A DNA stretch of 64,000 nt from Nitrososphaerota archaeon (lineage in GTDB: Archaea; Thermoproteota; Nitrososphaeria; Nitrososphaerales; Gagatemarchaeaceae): NCBI GenBank assembly GCA_029785825.1, contig JAFLYY010000001.1, positions 649,374 through 713,373 of the forward strand, in the 5' to 3' direction. Made by a program: the position numbers and the translations under genes. Each line of letters opens with the position of its first letter. Positions within the stretch are counted from its first letter, which is position 1. Positions 1-8,666 of the stretch are shown here, piece after piece. The notes beneath the pieces were generated by a model, which searched no databases, was not told the origin of the DNA, and saw only the letters and a list, made by a program, of their open reading frames with translations.

Positions 1-2810
1 ACCTCAGGTCGGCGGAGCAAGAGCTGAACGGGAAGCTCGGGGACCTGGGTGCGAGGCTCGTGGAGCTCGAGAACCGCATCGGGCAGGTGGAGAATGACAA
101 GACGAAGTTCATAGTGGAGGTCATCCAAGGCGGCGGGGCGAGCCATGTGGAGCTCCAGTTCCAGCTCGCCGAGATGAGGAACGAGCTGGAGTCCCTGGAG
201 GGGGACTACAAGGCAGCACAGGCGAACGTCTCAGAGCTGGAAGGGGAGACAGTCCCCCAGCTCAAGCAGGTGGTGACGGAGAAACAGAGGGAGGCGAACG
301 CGGCCGCCTCCACCGTGAAGCAGCTGACGGGAGAGATAGATAAACTGGACGGCAGGCACGCAGAGCTGGCGCAGAGGCTCAAGGAGTTCTTCCAGGCCGG
401 GGAGGAACTGAGGCGGACCATCGAGAAGAAGGCCAAGCTCACATCAAAGGTGCAGGTGAAGCTCGCCGACCTCGGGCAGAAGCTCACCCAGGTGGACCTG
501 GCGATAAACGCGGCCAGCGCGAGCCTGGGGGTGGAGAAGAAGCGCCTGGACGAGCTCAAGCTCAGGGTAGACGGCTACTCGGAGGTGCTGGAGAAGCTCG
601 AAGGGAACACGAAGCAGCTCTTCGACCTGTACGACTCTTCCACCAAGGAGCTCAACACCCTGGACGAGAACCTCTCCGAGATGGAGAAGACCAGGGAGAG
701 GCTCGTAGGTTCGATCGCCGGGGCTTCCAAGATACTGGAAAAGGCGTCGGCTGAAATGTCCAAGGAGGAGGCGTTCAGACACATGTCCGAAAGCCTCGCG
801 GGGGAGCGGAGCGGGCAGCTGAAGCTCCAGGGCCTCTGCGAGCAGGGAGGGGTCCCTGGATACGTCGGCCGGCTGGGGCAGCTTGTGAAGTACCCCCAGC
901 AGTACTCGAAGGCTGTCAACGCGGTGATGGGGAGGTGGATGGGGGCGTTCGTGGTGCAGGACCTGAAGGGGATGACCCAGCTGATCAAGGCGGCGAAGTC
1001 GTTGAAGGCGAAGAGCTTCGCCGTGATACCGCTCAGCGAGGTCGAGTCGGTGAAGGCGGCCGAAGTGGAGAGGTCGGCCGGAGTGATCGGGACGCTCTCC
1101 GACGTCATAAAGTGCGAGGACGAGTTCCAGGGGCTGGTCAACTTCCTCGCCGGGGACTCGGTCCTGGTCGAGTCCGAGGCAGTCGGGTACATACTGGCTT
1201 CCGAAGGGGTCAGGGCCGTCACCGAAGCGGGCGAGGCCTTCGAGCCGGGAGGGAGGGCGTTCAGCTACGGGTACCAGGAGCTCATGGTCAACCTGATGGA
1301 AGGGCTGGAGAACATCGAGGGGATGAGCGAGGTCGAGGACGCCGTGGGTGCGCTGAAGGGGGCGATAGACAGGAGGAGGTCAGAGCTCAGCTCCCTCGAG
1401 TCGGAGTCCCGCTCGGTCACGAAGGAGCGGGTCAAGAAGATTGTCTCCACCACTAGCCTGAAGGCCGAGGCCACGACCATCACACGCATGGCGAAGCGGT
1501 ACAGGAGCGTCTTCAAGGCCATGAACGCCGAGTACCAGAAGCAGGCTGCCACGGTGGCCCGACTGGAAGAGAAGCTGAAGGTCAGCCAGGAAAAGAAGGG
1601 AGGGATGACGAAGGGGATCTCTTCGCTCCAGCAGGTGGTGGCCGACGTCCAGGCGCTGGGGCTAGACGCGCACCTCCTGGAGTTGGACGGGACCAAGCAG
1701 TCGGTGTCTGCCGAGATCGACACCATCAGGAACAGGATCCAGGACCTCAACCTCACCCTGACCAGGGAGAAGGCCAACCTGGAGAACGTCCTACTGAGGG
1801 CGCTAGAGGAGAACCAGCTCGACCTGGCCAACGCGACCGAAGACCTGCGGTCTAACAAGGAGTTCACGAAGGACGCCCCGAAGAGGATCAGGGAGCTGTC
1901 GGACGAGAAGAAGTCCCTCGAGGACCAGATTTCGAAGCTGATGGAGTCTTCCCGGAGGAGCCAGCCGGTGCTGGACGAGTTCGACGCCAGGTCGAGGCGC
2001 CTGAAGGAGGAGAGGGACGCGCTCTCGAGGTCCATAGCGGGGAACCAGAAGGAGCTTTTCGCACTGGCGGGGCAGTCTTCCGCGACCCAGGAAAGGGTGG
2101 AGGAGGCGCTGGGGAGCCTCAGGATGCTCGGGTACGCCGAGGAGCTCGAGTTCTTCGAGTCGAGCGAGTCGCTCCTCTCCGAGCTTCAGGAGGAGTACCA
2201 GCAGACCGTCGCCTCGGTCAACAGGGCCGCGGACAGGCAGTACACCGACATGTACCTGAGCTACAAGAACCTCTCCGTCAGGCACAACGAGCTCGAGAAC
2301 GAGAGGAACTCGATAATCGGGTTCATCGAAAGCGTCGAAGCGGAGAAGAGGAAGGTCTTCATGTCAGCCTTCGACAGGGTCGGGTCGGAGTTCAGCGGCA
2401 TCTTCGCGAAGCTTGCGGGAGGGAGCGCCCAGTTGGACCTCGAGAACCCCGAAGAGATCTTCACCGGTGGAGTGATAATGCGGGCGGACTTCGGGAACGG
2501 GCTCCGCGAGTCGTCCCAGCACAGCGGAGGCCAGAGGGCGGTGACAGGAGTATCGATGATCTTGGCCATGCAGGCGGTCCAGCAGCACCCCTTCTACCTC
2601 TTCGACGAGATCGACGCCCCGCTGGACGCGGTGAACTCCAACAGCCTCGCCCGCTTCCTGAGAGAGAAGTCGGCCGAGGCCCAGATCATCGCCATCACCC
2701 TCAGGGACGTCTTCGTCGCCGAGAGCGACATGACCTACGGGGTGTACTCCGCGGGTGGGACGTCCAGGGTGGTGCACTACAAGCCCGCCGAGGTGCCGAA
2801 GAGTGCCTAG
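1..2810 (+). CDS. smc: Chromosome segregation ATPase SMC, C-terminal ~930 aa (5' end outside window)
   Basis: The frame is open from the window edge (LRSAEQELNGK precedes the first Met at 60). It has long coiled-coil stretches and a hinge-like GYVGRLGQLV..MGRWMGAFVVQD. The ABC signature SGGQRAVTGVSMILA and Walker B FYLFDEIDAPLD lie near the C terminus. It is followed by scpA/scpB. Confidence 0.9.
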   Translation, partial: LRSAEQELNGKLGDLGARLVELENRIGQVENDKTKFIVEVIQGGGASHVELQFQLAEMRNELESLEGDYKAAQANVSELEGETVPQLKQVVTEKQREANAAASTVKQLTGEIDKLDGRHAELAQRLKEFFQAGEELRRTIEKKAKLTSKVQVKLADLGQKLTQVDLAINAASASLGVEKKRLDELKLRVDGYSEVLEKLEGNTKQLFDLYDSSTKELNTLDENLSEMEKTRERLVGSIAGASKILEKASAEMSKEEAFRHMSESLAGERSGQLKLQGLCEQGGVPGYVGRLGQLVKYPQQYSKAVNAVMGRWMGAFVVQDLKGMTQLIKAAKSLKAKSFAVIPLSEVESVKAAEVERSAGVIGTLSDVIKCEDEFQGLVNFLAGDSVLVESEAVGYILASEGVRAVTEAGEAFEPGGRAFSYGYQELMVNLMEGLENIEGMSEVEDAVGALKGAIDRRRSELSSLESESRSVTKERVKKIVSTTSLKAEATTITRMAKRYRSVFKAMNAEYQKQAATVARLEEKLKVSQEKKGGMTKGISSLQQVVADVQALGLDAHLLELDGTKQSVSAEIDTIRNRIQDLNLTLTREKANLENVLLRALEENQLDLANATEDLRSNKEFTKDAPKRIRELSDEKKSLEDQISKLMESSRRSQPVLDEFDARSRRLKEERDALSRSIAGNQKELFALAGQSSATQERVEEALGSLRMLGYAEELEFFESSESLLSELQEEYQQTVASVNRAADRQYTDMYLSYKNLSVRHNELENERNSIIGFIESVEAEKRKVFMSAFDRVGSEFSGIFAKLAGGSAQLDLENPEEIFTGGVIMRADFGNGLRESSQHSGGQRAVTGVSMILAMQAVQQHPFYLFDEIDAPLDAVNSNSLARFLREKSAEAQIIAITLRDVFVAESDMTYGVYSAGGTSRVVHYKPAEVPKSA

Positions 2811-3465
2811 CTCCCCCCTGCTTGGGAAGCCCCCGCTGAACGTCCTGATCGATCCATCCCTGGCCAAGCGCAAGAGCCCCTGGGAGATCAACCTGACCGA
2901 GCTTCTGGGGATGTTCCTGAAGGCGATTTCAGAGACGGAACTCATCGACATGAGGGCCGCCGGCACCGCGGCGCTCTCTTCGGCCACGATCTACAGGCTG
3001 AAGGTCGAGACGCTCTTCCTCTTCGAGAGGCTCAGGCTGCAGCAGAGGCCCCTGGACCCGTCCGAGCCGCCGCAGATCATCGTGATGCCCTTCCGCTACG
3101 AGATATACTCGACCAACATAGACGAGCTGTTCAACGAGCTCGGGCGGATCCTCCAGGACATCGTCATAGACGAGGCCAGGGGGGGCGAGAACCCGCTGTC
3201 CATCGCCGACCTCCCTCCTCCCAACTTCGACGATTACGTTGTGTCCCTCCAGGCACTGCTCTCAGAGTTCAGGAAGATACTCGTCGAGAGGCTGAGCGGG
3301 ACGGGGAAAGTGCTCCTCTCCGAGCTGTTCCGGGGCCTCTCCCCACTCGACGCCGCACGCGTCTTCCTACTCCTCCTCTTCGCGGCCAACGACGGTGACG
3401 TCGTCATCGAGCAGGGGGAGACGGACTCGGACGCGCTGGTGGTGTCGGTGGGCCAGCTTGAGTAG
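2755..3465 (+). CDS. scpA: Segregation and condensation protein A (kleisin)
   Basis: A 236-aa ORF lies directly after smc. It shows the kleisin-like SPWEINLTELLGMFLKAISE..MRAAGTAALSSATIYRLKVETLFL. ATG 2755 overlaps smc by 56 nt, so the true start may lie downstream. Confidence 0.72.
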   Translation: MGRPGWCTTSPPRCRRVPSSPLLGKPPLNVLIDPSLAKRKSPWEINLTELLGMFLKAISETELIDMRAAGTAALSSATIYRLKVETLFLFERLRLQQRPLDPSEPPQIIVMPFRYEIYSTNIDELFNELGRILQDIVIDEARGGENPLSIADLPPPNFDDYVVSLQALLSEFRKILVERLSGTGKVLLSELFRGLSPLDAARVFLLLLFAANDGDVVIEQGETDSDALVVSVGQLE

Positions 3466-4000
3466 CGACCCCCAGTCCGGGTCGACCCCGAAGGACGTCC
3501 TGGCGAAGGTTGAGGCGGCCCTCTACGCTGCAGGGCGTCCGCTCTCGGTCGGGGAGATCGCCCATGTGGCCGGGACCGTCTCGGAAAGGAAGGCCGCGGC
3601 CATCGCGAGGGAGATAGCCAGCGCGGTCAACGGCAGCCTCCAGGCACTCGAGGTCGTCGAGTACTCGGGGCCGAGGTTCGCGCTTCAACTGAAGGCGAAG
3701 TACACCCAGACCGCGAGGAAGTTCGCCACCCGGCCCCTCCTTTCGCGGGCGGCTCTGCGGACCCTGTCCTTCATCGCGTTCTTCCAGCCCATAGCCTCCT
3801 CGGAGCTCGTCCTCCGCCGCGGGTCCACCGTCTATCAGCACCTGAAGGAACTGGAGGAGGTCGGGTTCATTTCAGGCGAGAGGCAAGGGCGGAGCAAGGC
3901 GTTCAAGACCACCAGCAGATTCGCCGAGTACTTCGGGCTGAGCACCGACATCGCCGCCATGAAGAAGCAGCTGGAGAGCAGGACCCTCACCCTGAGGTAG
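3458..4000 (+). CDS. scpB: Segregation and condensation protein B
   Basis: Two winged-helix segments are present (DVLAKVEAALYAAGRPLSVGEIAHV; LSRAALRTLSFIAFFQPIASSEL..YQHLKELEEVGFI). TTG 3458 overlaps the scpA stop (TTGAGTAG). The alternative ATG 3395 would overlap scpA by 71 nt. Confidence 0.68.
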   Translation: MSSDPQSGSTPKDVLAKVEAALYAAGRPLSVGEIAHVAGTVSERKAAAIAREIASAVNGSLQALEVVEYSGPRFALQLKAKYTQTARKFATRPLLSRAALRTLSFIAFFQPIASSELVLRRGSTVYQHLKELEEVGFISGERQGRSKAFKTTSRFAEYFGLSTDIAAMKKQLESRTLTLR

Positions 4001-4053
4001 GGGCTGTTCTTCGCGCTAGTCTTATACCGACCGCGGACCTGCGCCTGTTCCCG

Positions 4054-4455
4054 ATGAAGCTCGCGGAGGTCGGCGCCGTCCTGGCGGTCGCAGCCATCGT
4101 CGTGCTGGCTTACTCGACCTTCGCGTACGCCACCGACGTCCGGACGACGACGGCGACATCCACGCTGACCGTCTATCCTACTACGGGGTCCCCCTACTCG
4201 GTCGAGCTCGTGGTGATACAGCCCGTGTACGTCAACGAGATCTGCCTCGTCGAGGCCACGAACTCCACCTACACCACCTACCTGGTCGGCGGGGGGACGG
4301 GCGGGGCGGTCAGCCAAACCACGACGGAGACCGTCAGGGCGCTCAGCACGGTCACCATGTACTACAACGTGACAATCGCGGAGTCCGGGTCCACCTGCAC
4401 CCTCGTCAACCCGCACTACGGGGCCACGTCCTCGTCCTGCCCTCCGTGCGCGTGA
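4054..4455 (+). CDS. Hypothetical Thr-rich secreted or membrane-anchored protein
   Basis: A 133-aa ORF with an N-terminal hydrophobic helix (GAVLAVAAIVVLAYSTFAYA), a Thr/Val-rich body and a C-terminal SSSCPPCA. No family was recognised. Confidence 0.5.
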   Translation: MKLAEVGAVLAVAAIVVLAYSTFAYATDVRTTTATSTLTVYPTTGSPYSVELVVIQPVYVNEICLVEATNSTYTTYLVGGGTGGAVSQTTTETVRALSTVTMYYNVTIAESGSTCTLVNPHYGATSSSCPPCA

Positions 4456-4517
4456 TAGGCCCCGAGCCTCGAAACGCTTAACACCCCGAGCGGTGGGGCG
4501 GCTGAAAGACTCGCGAA

Positions 4518-4904
4518 ATGACCCGTCCAATCGAGAACCTGGTGAAGCGGAAACCCACCGGAGGCAGGTCCAGGCCCCACCGGGGACGGAGGGCGTTCGA
4601 GAAGGACGGCTACGCCATAGAGCCCCTAGTGGGGAACGCCTCGTCCCGGACGATCCGGAGGAGGGGAGGGGTGTTCACGAGCGGGGTGGTCTTCGCGACC
4701 TACGCGAACGTCTCCGACGGCTCCGGGAAGGCGACGAAGTCGAAGATACTCAGCGTGAAGAGCAGCCCGGCCAACAGGGACTACGAACGGAGAGGCGTGA
4801 TCACGCTGGGAGCAGTCCTCGAGACCGAGGCCGGGGAAGCTGTCGTCACGTCGAGGCCCACCGCGGACGGAGTGGTGAACGCCGTCCTCGCGTCGAAGAA
4901 ATGA
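4518..4904 (+). CDS. rps8e: 30S ribosomal protein S8e
   Basis: VKRKPTGGRSRPHRGRRAFE ... ANRDYERRGVITLGAVLETEAGEAVVTSRPTADGVVNAVL fits the eS8 pattern (RK.TGG, VTSRP..DG). Confidence 0.9.
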   Translation: MTRPIENLVKRKPTGGRSRPHRGRRAFEKDGYAIEPLVGNASSRTIRRRGGVFTSGVVFATYANVSDGSGKATKSKILSVKSSPANRDYERRGVITLGAVLETEAGEAVVTSRPTADGVVNAVLASKK

Positions 4905-5209
4905 AGGACTACGACCGCTACGTATTCTGGGTAGACTACTTCGACTCTGAGCTGAAGAGGAGCGACGGCAGAAGGGTGCCGCTCAACTCGGCCACCAAGT
5001 CTCCGACCCTCCCTGAACTGGGGGAGGCCTGCCGGAGGCTCAACCTGCAGCCTCAGCCCCAGGCGGCGCGATACCCTTCGCGGCCGGCCCACGAGTCGGG
5101 GTATGTCTCGATTGCGAAGTCAGGGAAGAAGAAGGAGCTCCTCATCAAGGTCGCCAAAGAGCTCTCGACAGTCAGAGGGATCGCCCAGCGGAGCCAGCGC
5201 AAGAAGTGA
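4901..5209 (+). CDS. srp19: Signal recognition particle protein SRP19
   Basis: MKDYDRYVFWVDYFDSELKRSDGRRVP... fits SRP19. ATG 4901 overlaps the rps8e stop (ATGA). Confidence 0.85.
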   Translation: MKDYDRYVFWVDYFDSELKRSDGRRVPLNSATKSPTLPELGEACRRLNLQPQPQAARYPSRPAHESGYVSIAKSGKKKELLIKVAKELSTVRGIAQRSQRKK

Positions 5210-5930
5210 ACGCCGAGGGTGGCTGCGGGGCGGAGGCTCCGCCCTCCTCCAGTGAGTCGTAAGGGCAAAGGGCCGTGGGTCCTGTCGGATGGCCCCACAC
5301 TGTGGACTGCGTCCTGTGGAACGTAGGCAATGCGCGGAGCCCCGGGCTTTCTGGCGCACCTAGGGTCCTTTAGGCTGGATTCCAGATTTCGGGAAAACCC
5401 CCTCCTAAATAGTAAATTCCCCTTCGGCGGCCAGAGGCGTTGCCAGTGAACGGGCATCTCAGCGGGGGACAGATCTGTGATGCTCTGTAAGAACGCATCA
5501 GGACAACTCCCTCTCCGCGCGCTAGCGCTCATCCTGTCCCTTCTCATAGTTTCGAGCAGCGCATCATCGTTAGTTTCTGCCAGTACGCTCTTTTCAGGGT
5601 CGGCGTCCGCGGCTTTTACCGGATGATAAAGCGGCTTCGGCCCTAGAGGACCTCTGATAGCCCGTCCATCCAGCGACAAATCTGGCCCTGCATATTCGAG
5701 TTTCGAGCTCGTAGAGTTACGACAGCATCCGCCCTGGCGCGTTACGAGAAAATGTTCCGCAAGTTGCTCCCCCCGGGGGAACAGCCAGGGGGTTTTCGGA
5801 GGTGCAAAGTCAGGTGGCGCATAGGGCGCATCATCAGGGCTATGGAGGTGAGGGAAGCGCCAGCTTGGGTGCGAAACCATCACTCGGGAAAACAATCGAC
5901 CGGTGAACCACGAAGGTTTAAAGGTGAGAT
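5210..5930. other. ORF-poor, lower-G+C 0.7-kb stretch; candidate structured non-coding RNA locus, identity unresolved
   Basis: The plus strand is rich in stop codons in all three frames. The only long open frame is the minus-strand 5053..5895, which has Arg/Pro/Ser/Trp-rich non-protein-like composition and overlaps srp19. Hairpins are numerous (for example GGGGCGGA-GGC-UCCGCCCU at 5227-5245). Hand counts of two 60-nt lines gave 34/60 and 31/60 G+C. Confidence 0.3.
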
Positions 5931-6167
5931 TTGGGCCGGAAAATTCTCTTGTTTCAAGTGGGCACTATCCTCCTTCAGGCGAAGAGCGGCCGTCTGATTG
6001 TCCGCCTGACGAAAGAGGTGAAGCCCGGGGCGTTCGTCTACGATGACGGCAGGAGGAAGCTTGGAAAGGTGGTGGAGCTCATCGGCCCGGTCAGGGCCCC
6101 ATACGCGTCCGTCGCGGTTGTGAGCAGCAGAATCGGGAAGCCGGGGGATCCGGCGTTCGTGGAATGA
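5931..6167 (+). CDS. gar1: H/ACA ribonucleoprotein component Gar1
   Basis: The TTG start is preceded by AAGGTGAG. KSGRLIVRL..PGAFVYDDGRRKLGKVVELIGPVRAPYASV is the Gar1 barrel signature. Confidence 0.85.
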   Translation: MGRKILLFQVGTILLQAKSGRLIVRLTKEVKPGAFVYDDGRRKLGKVVELIGPVRAPYASVAVVSSRIGKPGDPAFVE

Positions 6168-6174
6168 TAAACCA

Positions 6175-7122
6175 GTGAGTCTCTGGAGCCAGGGGAGAGA
6201 CGACGGGTTCAGGACGTCCTGCCCGGTCTGCGGCAACAGGCTGATCGGGGACGCTGAGAAGGGGGAGCAGGTCTGCCCCACCTGCGGGTATGTGACCGTG
6301 GCTCCGGCTGACTCGGGCCCCGAGTGGAAGGCCATGGATCTGGAGGAGAAGAACCGCAGGGTGAGAGTAGGGTCCCCCACGACCCTGGCGCTTCACGACC
6401 TGGGGCTGTCCACGGAGATCAGCAGGACCATGCGGGACTCCCACGGCAAGTACCTCGACCCGGCCATGAGAGCGACCGTGGAGAAGATGCGGAAGTGGCA
6501 GAGCAGGACGAGGACGGTCAACAGCGAGGAGAGGGGGCTCTCCAACGTCCTTTCGAAGATAAGCGAGCTCTGCGAGGCGCTCAACCTCCCCGACAACGTC
6601 GCCGAGACCGCGGCCCAGATCTACAGGACGTCGGCCAAGATGAAGGTGGCGAAGAGCAAGTCGATACTGGGGATGACGGCCGCGACGGTCTACCTCGCCT
6701 GCAGGAAGTGCGGGGTCTCCAGGACCCTCAAGGAGGTGGCCAGGGCCGCAGGGATGGAGAAGGGGAACGTCGCCAGGTACTTCAGGCTGGTCCTCAAGGA
6801 GGTGGAGAAGGAGTACGTCCCTCCCCCGTCCGTCGAGAAGTACATCTCGAAGCTAGTCAACATGGCGAAGATAGACCCCAAGGTGGAGATCCTCGCCCTC
6901 AACCTCTCCCGCAAGACAAGCGACTCCAAGATCTCCAGCGGCAAGGCGCCCGCCGGACTCGCGGCGGCATACGTCTACCTCTCTTCGGTGATGGTAGGCG
7001 AGCACCTCCCGCAGAGGGAGGTCGCCGAGTTCGCCGAAGTCACAGAGGTCACCGTCAGGAACAGGTGCAGGGAGATCTTGGACAACTATGTCATAAGACA
7101 GGAGTTCATGCCGGCGAAATGA
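6175..7122 (+). CDS. tfb: Transcription initiation factor B (TFB/TFIIB)
   Basis: An N-terminal Zn ribbon (CPVCGN..CPTCGY) is followed by a linker and two cyclin-fold repeats (AAQIYRTSAK.., LAAAYVYLSS..). Confidence 0.93.
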   Translation: MSLWSQGRDDGFRTSCPVCGNRLIGDAEKGEQVCPTCGYVTVAPADSGPEWKAMDLEEKNRRVRVGSPTTLALHDLGLSTEISRTMRDSHGKYLDPAMRATVEKMRKWQSRTRTVNSEERGLSNVLSKISELCEALNLPDNVAETAAQIYRTSAKMKVAKSKSILGMTAATVYLACRKCGVSRTLKEVARAAGMEKGNVARYFRLVLKEVEKEYVPPPSVEKYISKLVNMAKIDPKVEILALNLSRKTSDSKISSGKAPAGLAAAYVYLSSVMVGEHLPQREVAEFAEVTEVTVRNRCREILDNYVIRQEFMPAK

Positions 7123-7613
7123 CGAAGACGAAGGCGAAGGCGAAGCCCCAGAAGGCGGCGAAGAGGCAGCCGAGGCAGAAGAAGGAATCTGAGCCCTCTC
7201 AGCCCGTCGAGCGGACGGAGGAAGAGCTGGTCGACCTGACCTCCCGGGTCTACAAGCTCGTCGTAGAGAGGGGGAGGGACGGGGTGTTGCAGAGCGAGAT
7301 CTGGAAGGAGCTCGGGCTGACCAGCAGGGACGGTTCGAGGCTCGCGATCAGGCTCGAGAGGAGGGGGCTGATAGGGAGGGTGAAGGTACTCGAAGACGGG
7401 AGGTGGACCTACAAGCTCACCCCACTCCGGTTCCCGACCGACATGACGTCCATAGAGAAGGCTCCGTGCATAGTCTGCCAGTACGAGCCGAAGTGCTCCA
7501 TCGAAGGAGAGGTGAGCCCCTACGTCTGCCCCTGGATAGGGCCCTGGGTGGTCCAGGAGGCTATGGTCGCCCGGAGCGGGCCTGGCGAGGCCGAAGCGGT
7601 CCCGGCAAGGTAA
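7119..7613 (+). CDS. Winged-helix protein with C-terminal 4-Cys cluster (TFE-beta/RPC34-like, putative)
   Basis: ATG 7119 overlaps the tfb stop (ATGA). It has a Lys-rich N-terminal tail and a wHTH (LQSEIWKELGLTSRDGSRLAIRLERRGLIGRV). The C terminus carries CIVCQYEPKC...YVCPW. Confidence 0.5.
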   Translation: MTKTKAKAKPQKAAKRQPRQKKESEPSQPVERTEEELVDLTSRVYKLVVERGRDGVLQSEIWKELGLTSRDGSRLAIRLERRGLIGRVKVLEDGRWTYKLTPLRFPTDMTSIEKAPCIVCQYEPKCSIEGEVSPYVCPWIGPWVVQEAMVARSGPGEAEAVPAR

Positions 7614-7623
7614 GGCGCGCGCG

Positions 7624-8034
7624 ATGCCAACGAACGACTCCCTCGAGCGATTGGTCCGCGCCGCCCGGAAGGCGAGGGAAAGCGCATACTCCCCCTACTC
7701 CGGGGTGAAGATAGGCGCCGCCGTGCTCTCCTCCGGCGGTTCAATCCACACCGGGGCGAACGTCGAGAACGTCTCTTACGGCCTGTCGTGCTGCGCCGAG
7801 AGGACCGCCCTGTTCAACGCCGTCTCCGGGGGGGACAGGAAGATAGTGGCCATCGCCGTCGTGGGCGGGTCAGAGGAGTTCACCCGACCGTGCGGGGCAT
7901 GCAGGCAGGTGATGGTCGAGTTCAACCCTGGGATGAAAGTGCTGATGCGCGGCATCGACGGCTTTTCCGAAGACGGGACGGCCGAGTCTCTCCTCCCGCA
8001 CCGCTTCCGCCCGGCTGGTCTCGCGAAGCGTTGA
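7624..8034 (+). CDS. cdd: Cytidine deaminase
   Basis: The zinc motifs CAERTALFNAV and PCGACRQVM are present in a 136-aa protein. Confidence 0.9.
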   Translation: MPTNDSLERLVRAARKARESAYSPYSGVKIGAAVLSSGGSIHTGANVENVSYGLSCCAERTALFNAVSGGDRKIVAIAVVGGSEEFTRPCGACRQVMVEFNPGMKVLMRGIDGFSEDGTAESLLPHRFRPAGLAKR

Positions 8035-8636
8035 GGCTCAACGAAGCCCGGCGGGACCTCTACAGGCGCCTGGCCAGGGAGCAGGGGTACAAGAGCAGGG
8101 CGGCTTTCAAGCTCATCGAGGCTAACGAGCGCTACGGCTTCGTCAGTGCGGGGTCGAAGGTGATCGACTTCGGTGCGGCCCCCGGCGGGTGGATGCAGGT
8201 CGCTTCGGAGCTGGTCGGGCCGGAAGGGTTTGTCGTCGGGGTGGACAGGGCGCCAATCCGGGTCAAGCTCCCCAACGTGGCCGCCTTGAAGATGGACGTG
8301 GAGGACCCGGGGGTCCCGGCCAAGGTCATCGACCTCCTCAAGGGGAAGGCGGACGTCGTCCTCTCCGACCTGGCTCCAACGGTGACGGGGGTCTGGGAGC
8401 TAGACCAGACGAGGCAGGTGGACCTCACCCTGAAGGTCCTCGACCTCTGCAGCGAAGTCCTCAAGGAGGGCGGTTCCGCCTTCTTCAAACTCTTCGAGGG
8501 CGAGAGGTCCCAGGAGGTCAGAGACAGGTTCAGGCTCGCCTTCTCTTCGGTCCGGGTCATCAAGCCCGCCGCCAGCAGGAACGCGAGCTCGGAGCTGTAC
8601 TACCACTGCCAGGGGCTGAAGCGAAAAGTCCCCTGA
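8031..8636 (+). CDS. rlmE: 23S rRNA 2'-O-ribose methyltransferase RlmE/FtsJ
   Basis: RSRAAFKLIEANERYGF and the SAM motif VIDFGAAPGGWMQVA are present. TTG 8031 overlaps the cdd stop (TTGA). Confidence 0.85.
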   Translation: MRLNEARRDLYRRLAREQGYKSRAAFKLIEANERYGFVSAGSKVIDFGAAPGGWMQVASELVGPEGFVVGVDRAPIRVKLPNVAALKMDVEDPGVPAKVIDLLKGKADVVLSDLAPTVTGVWELDQTRQVDLTLKVLDLCSEVLKEGGSAFFKLFEGERSQEVRDRFRLAFSSVRVIKPAASRNASSELYYHCQGLKRKVP

Positions 8637-8666
8637 CCCGGGGCCTGCTCAGCGCCGCCCTGGACC

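Noticed and set aside
5600-5670. C/D box sRNA (AUGAUA ... CUGA) in the non-coding stretch
   Set aside because: The C box is imperfect, there are no internal D'/C' boxes and there is no terminal stem. The spacing does not fit the 12-nt guide architecture.
5336-5814. Assignment of the srp19-gar1 gap to RNase P RNA or SRP RNA
   Set aside because: Only partial look-alikes were found, and they lie on conflicting strands or in the wrong order. GGAGGUGCAAAGUCAGG is on the plus strand at 5798-5814. GCCAGAAAGCCCGGGGCUCC is on the minus strand at 5336-5355. ACGACAG is on the plus strand near 5719. No GGAA...AGCA helix-8 motif was found. A covariance-model search is needed.
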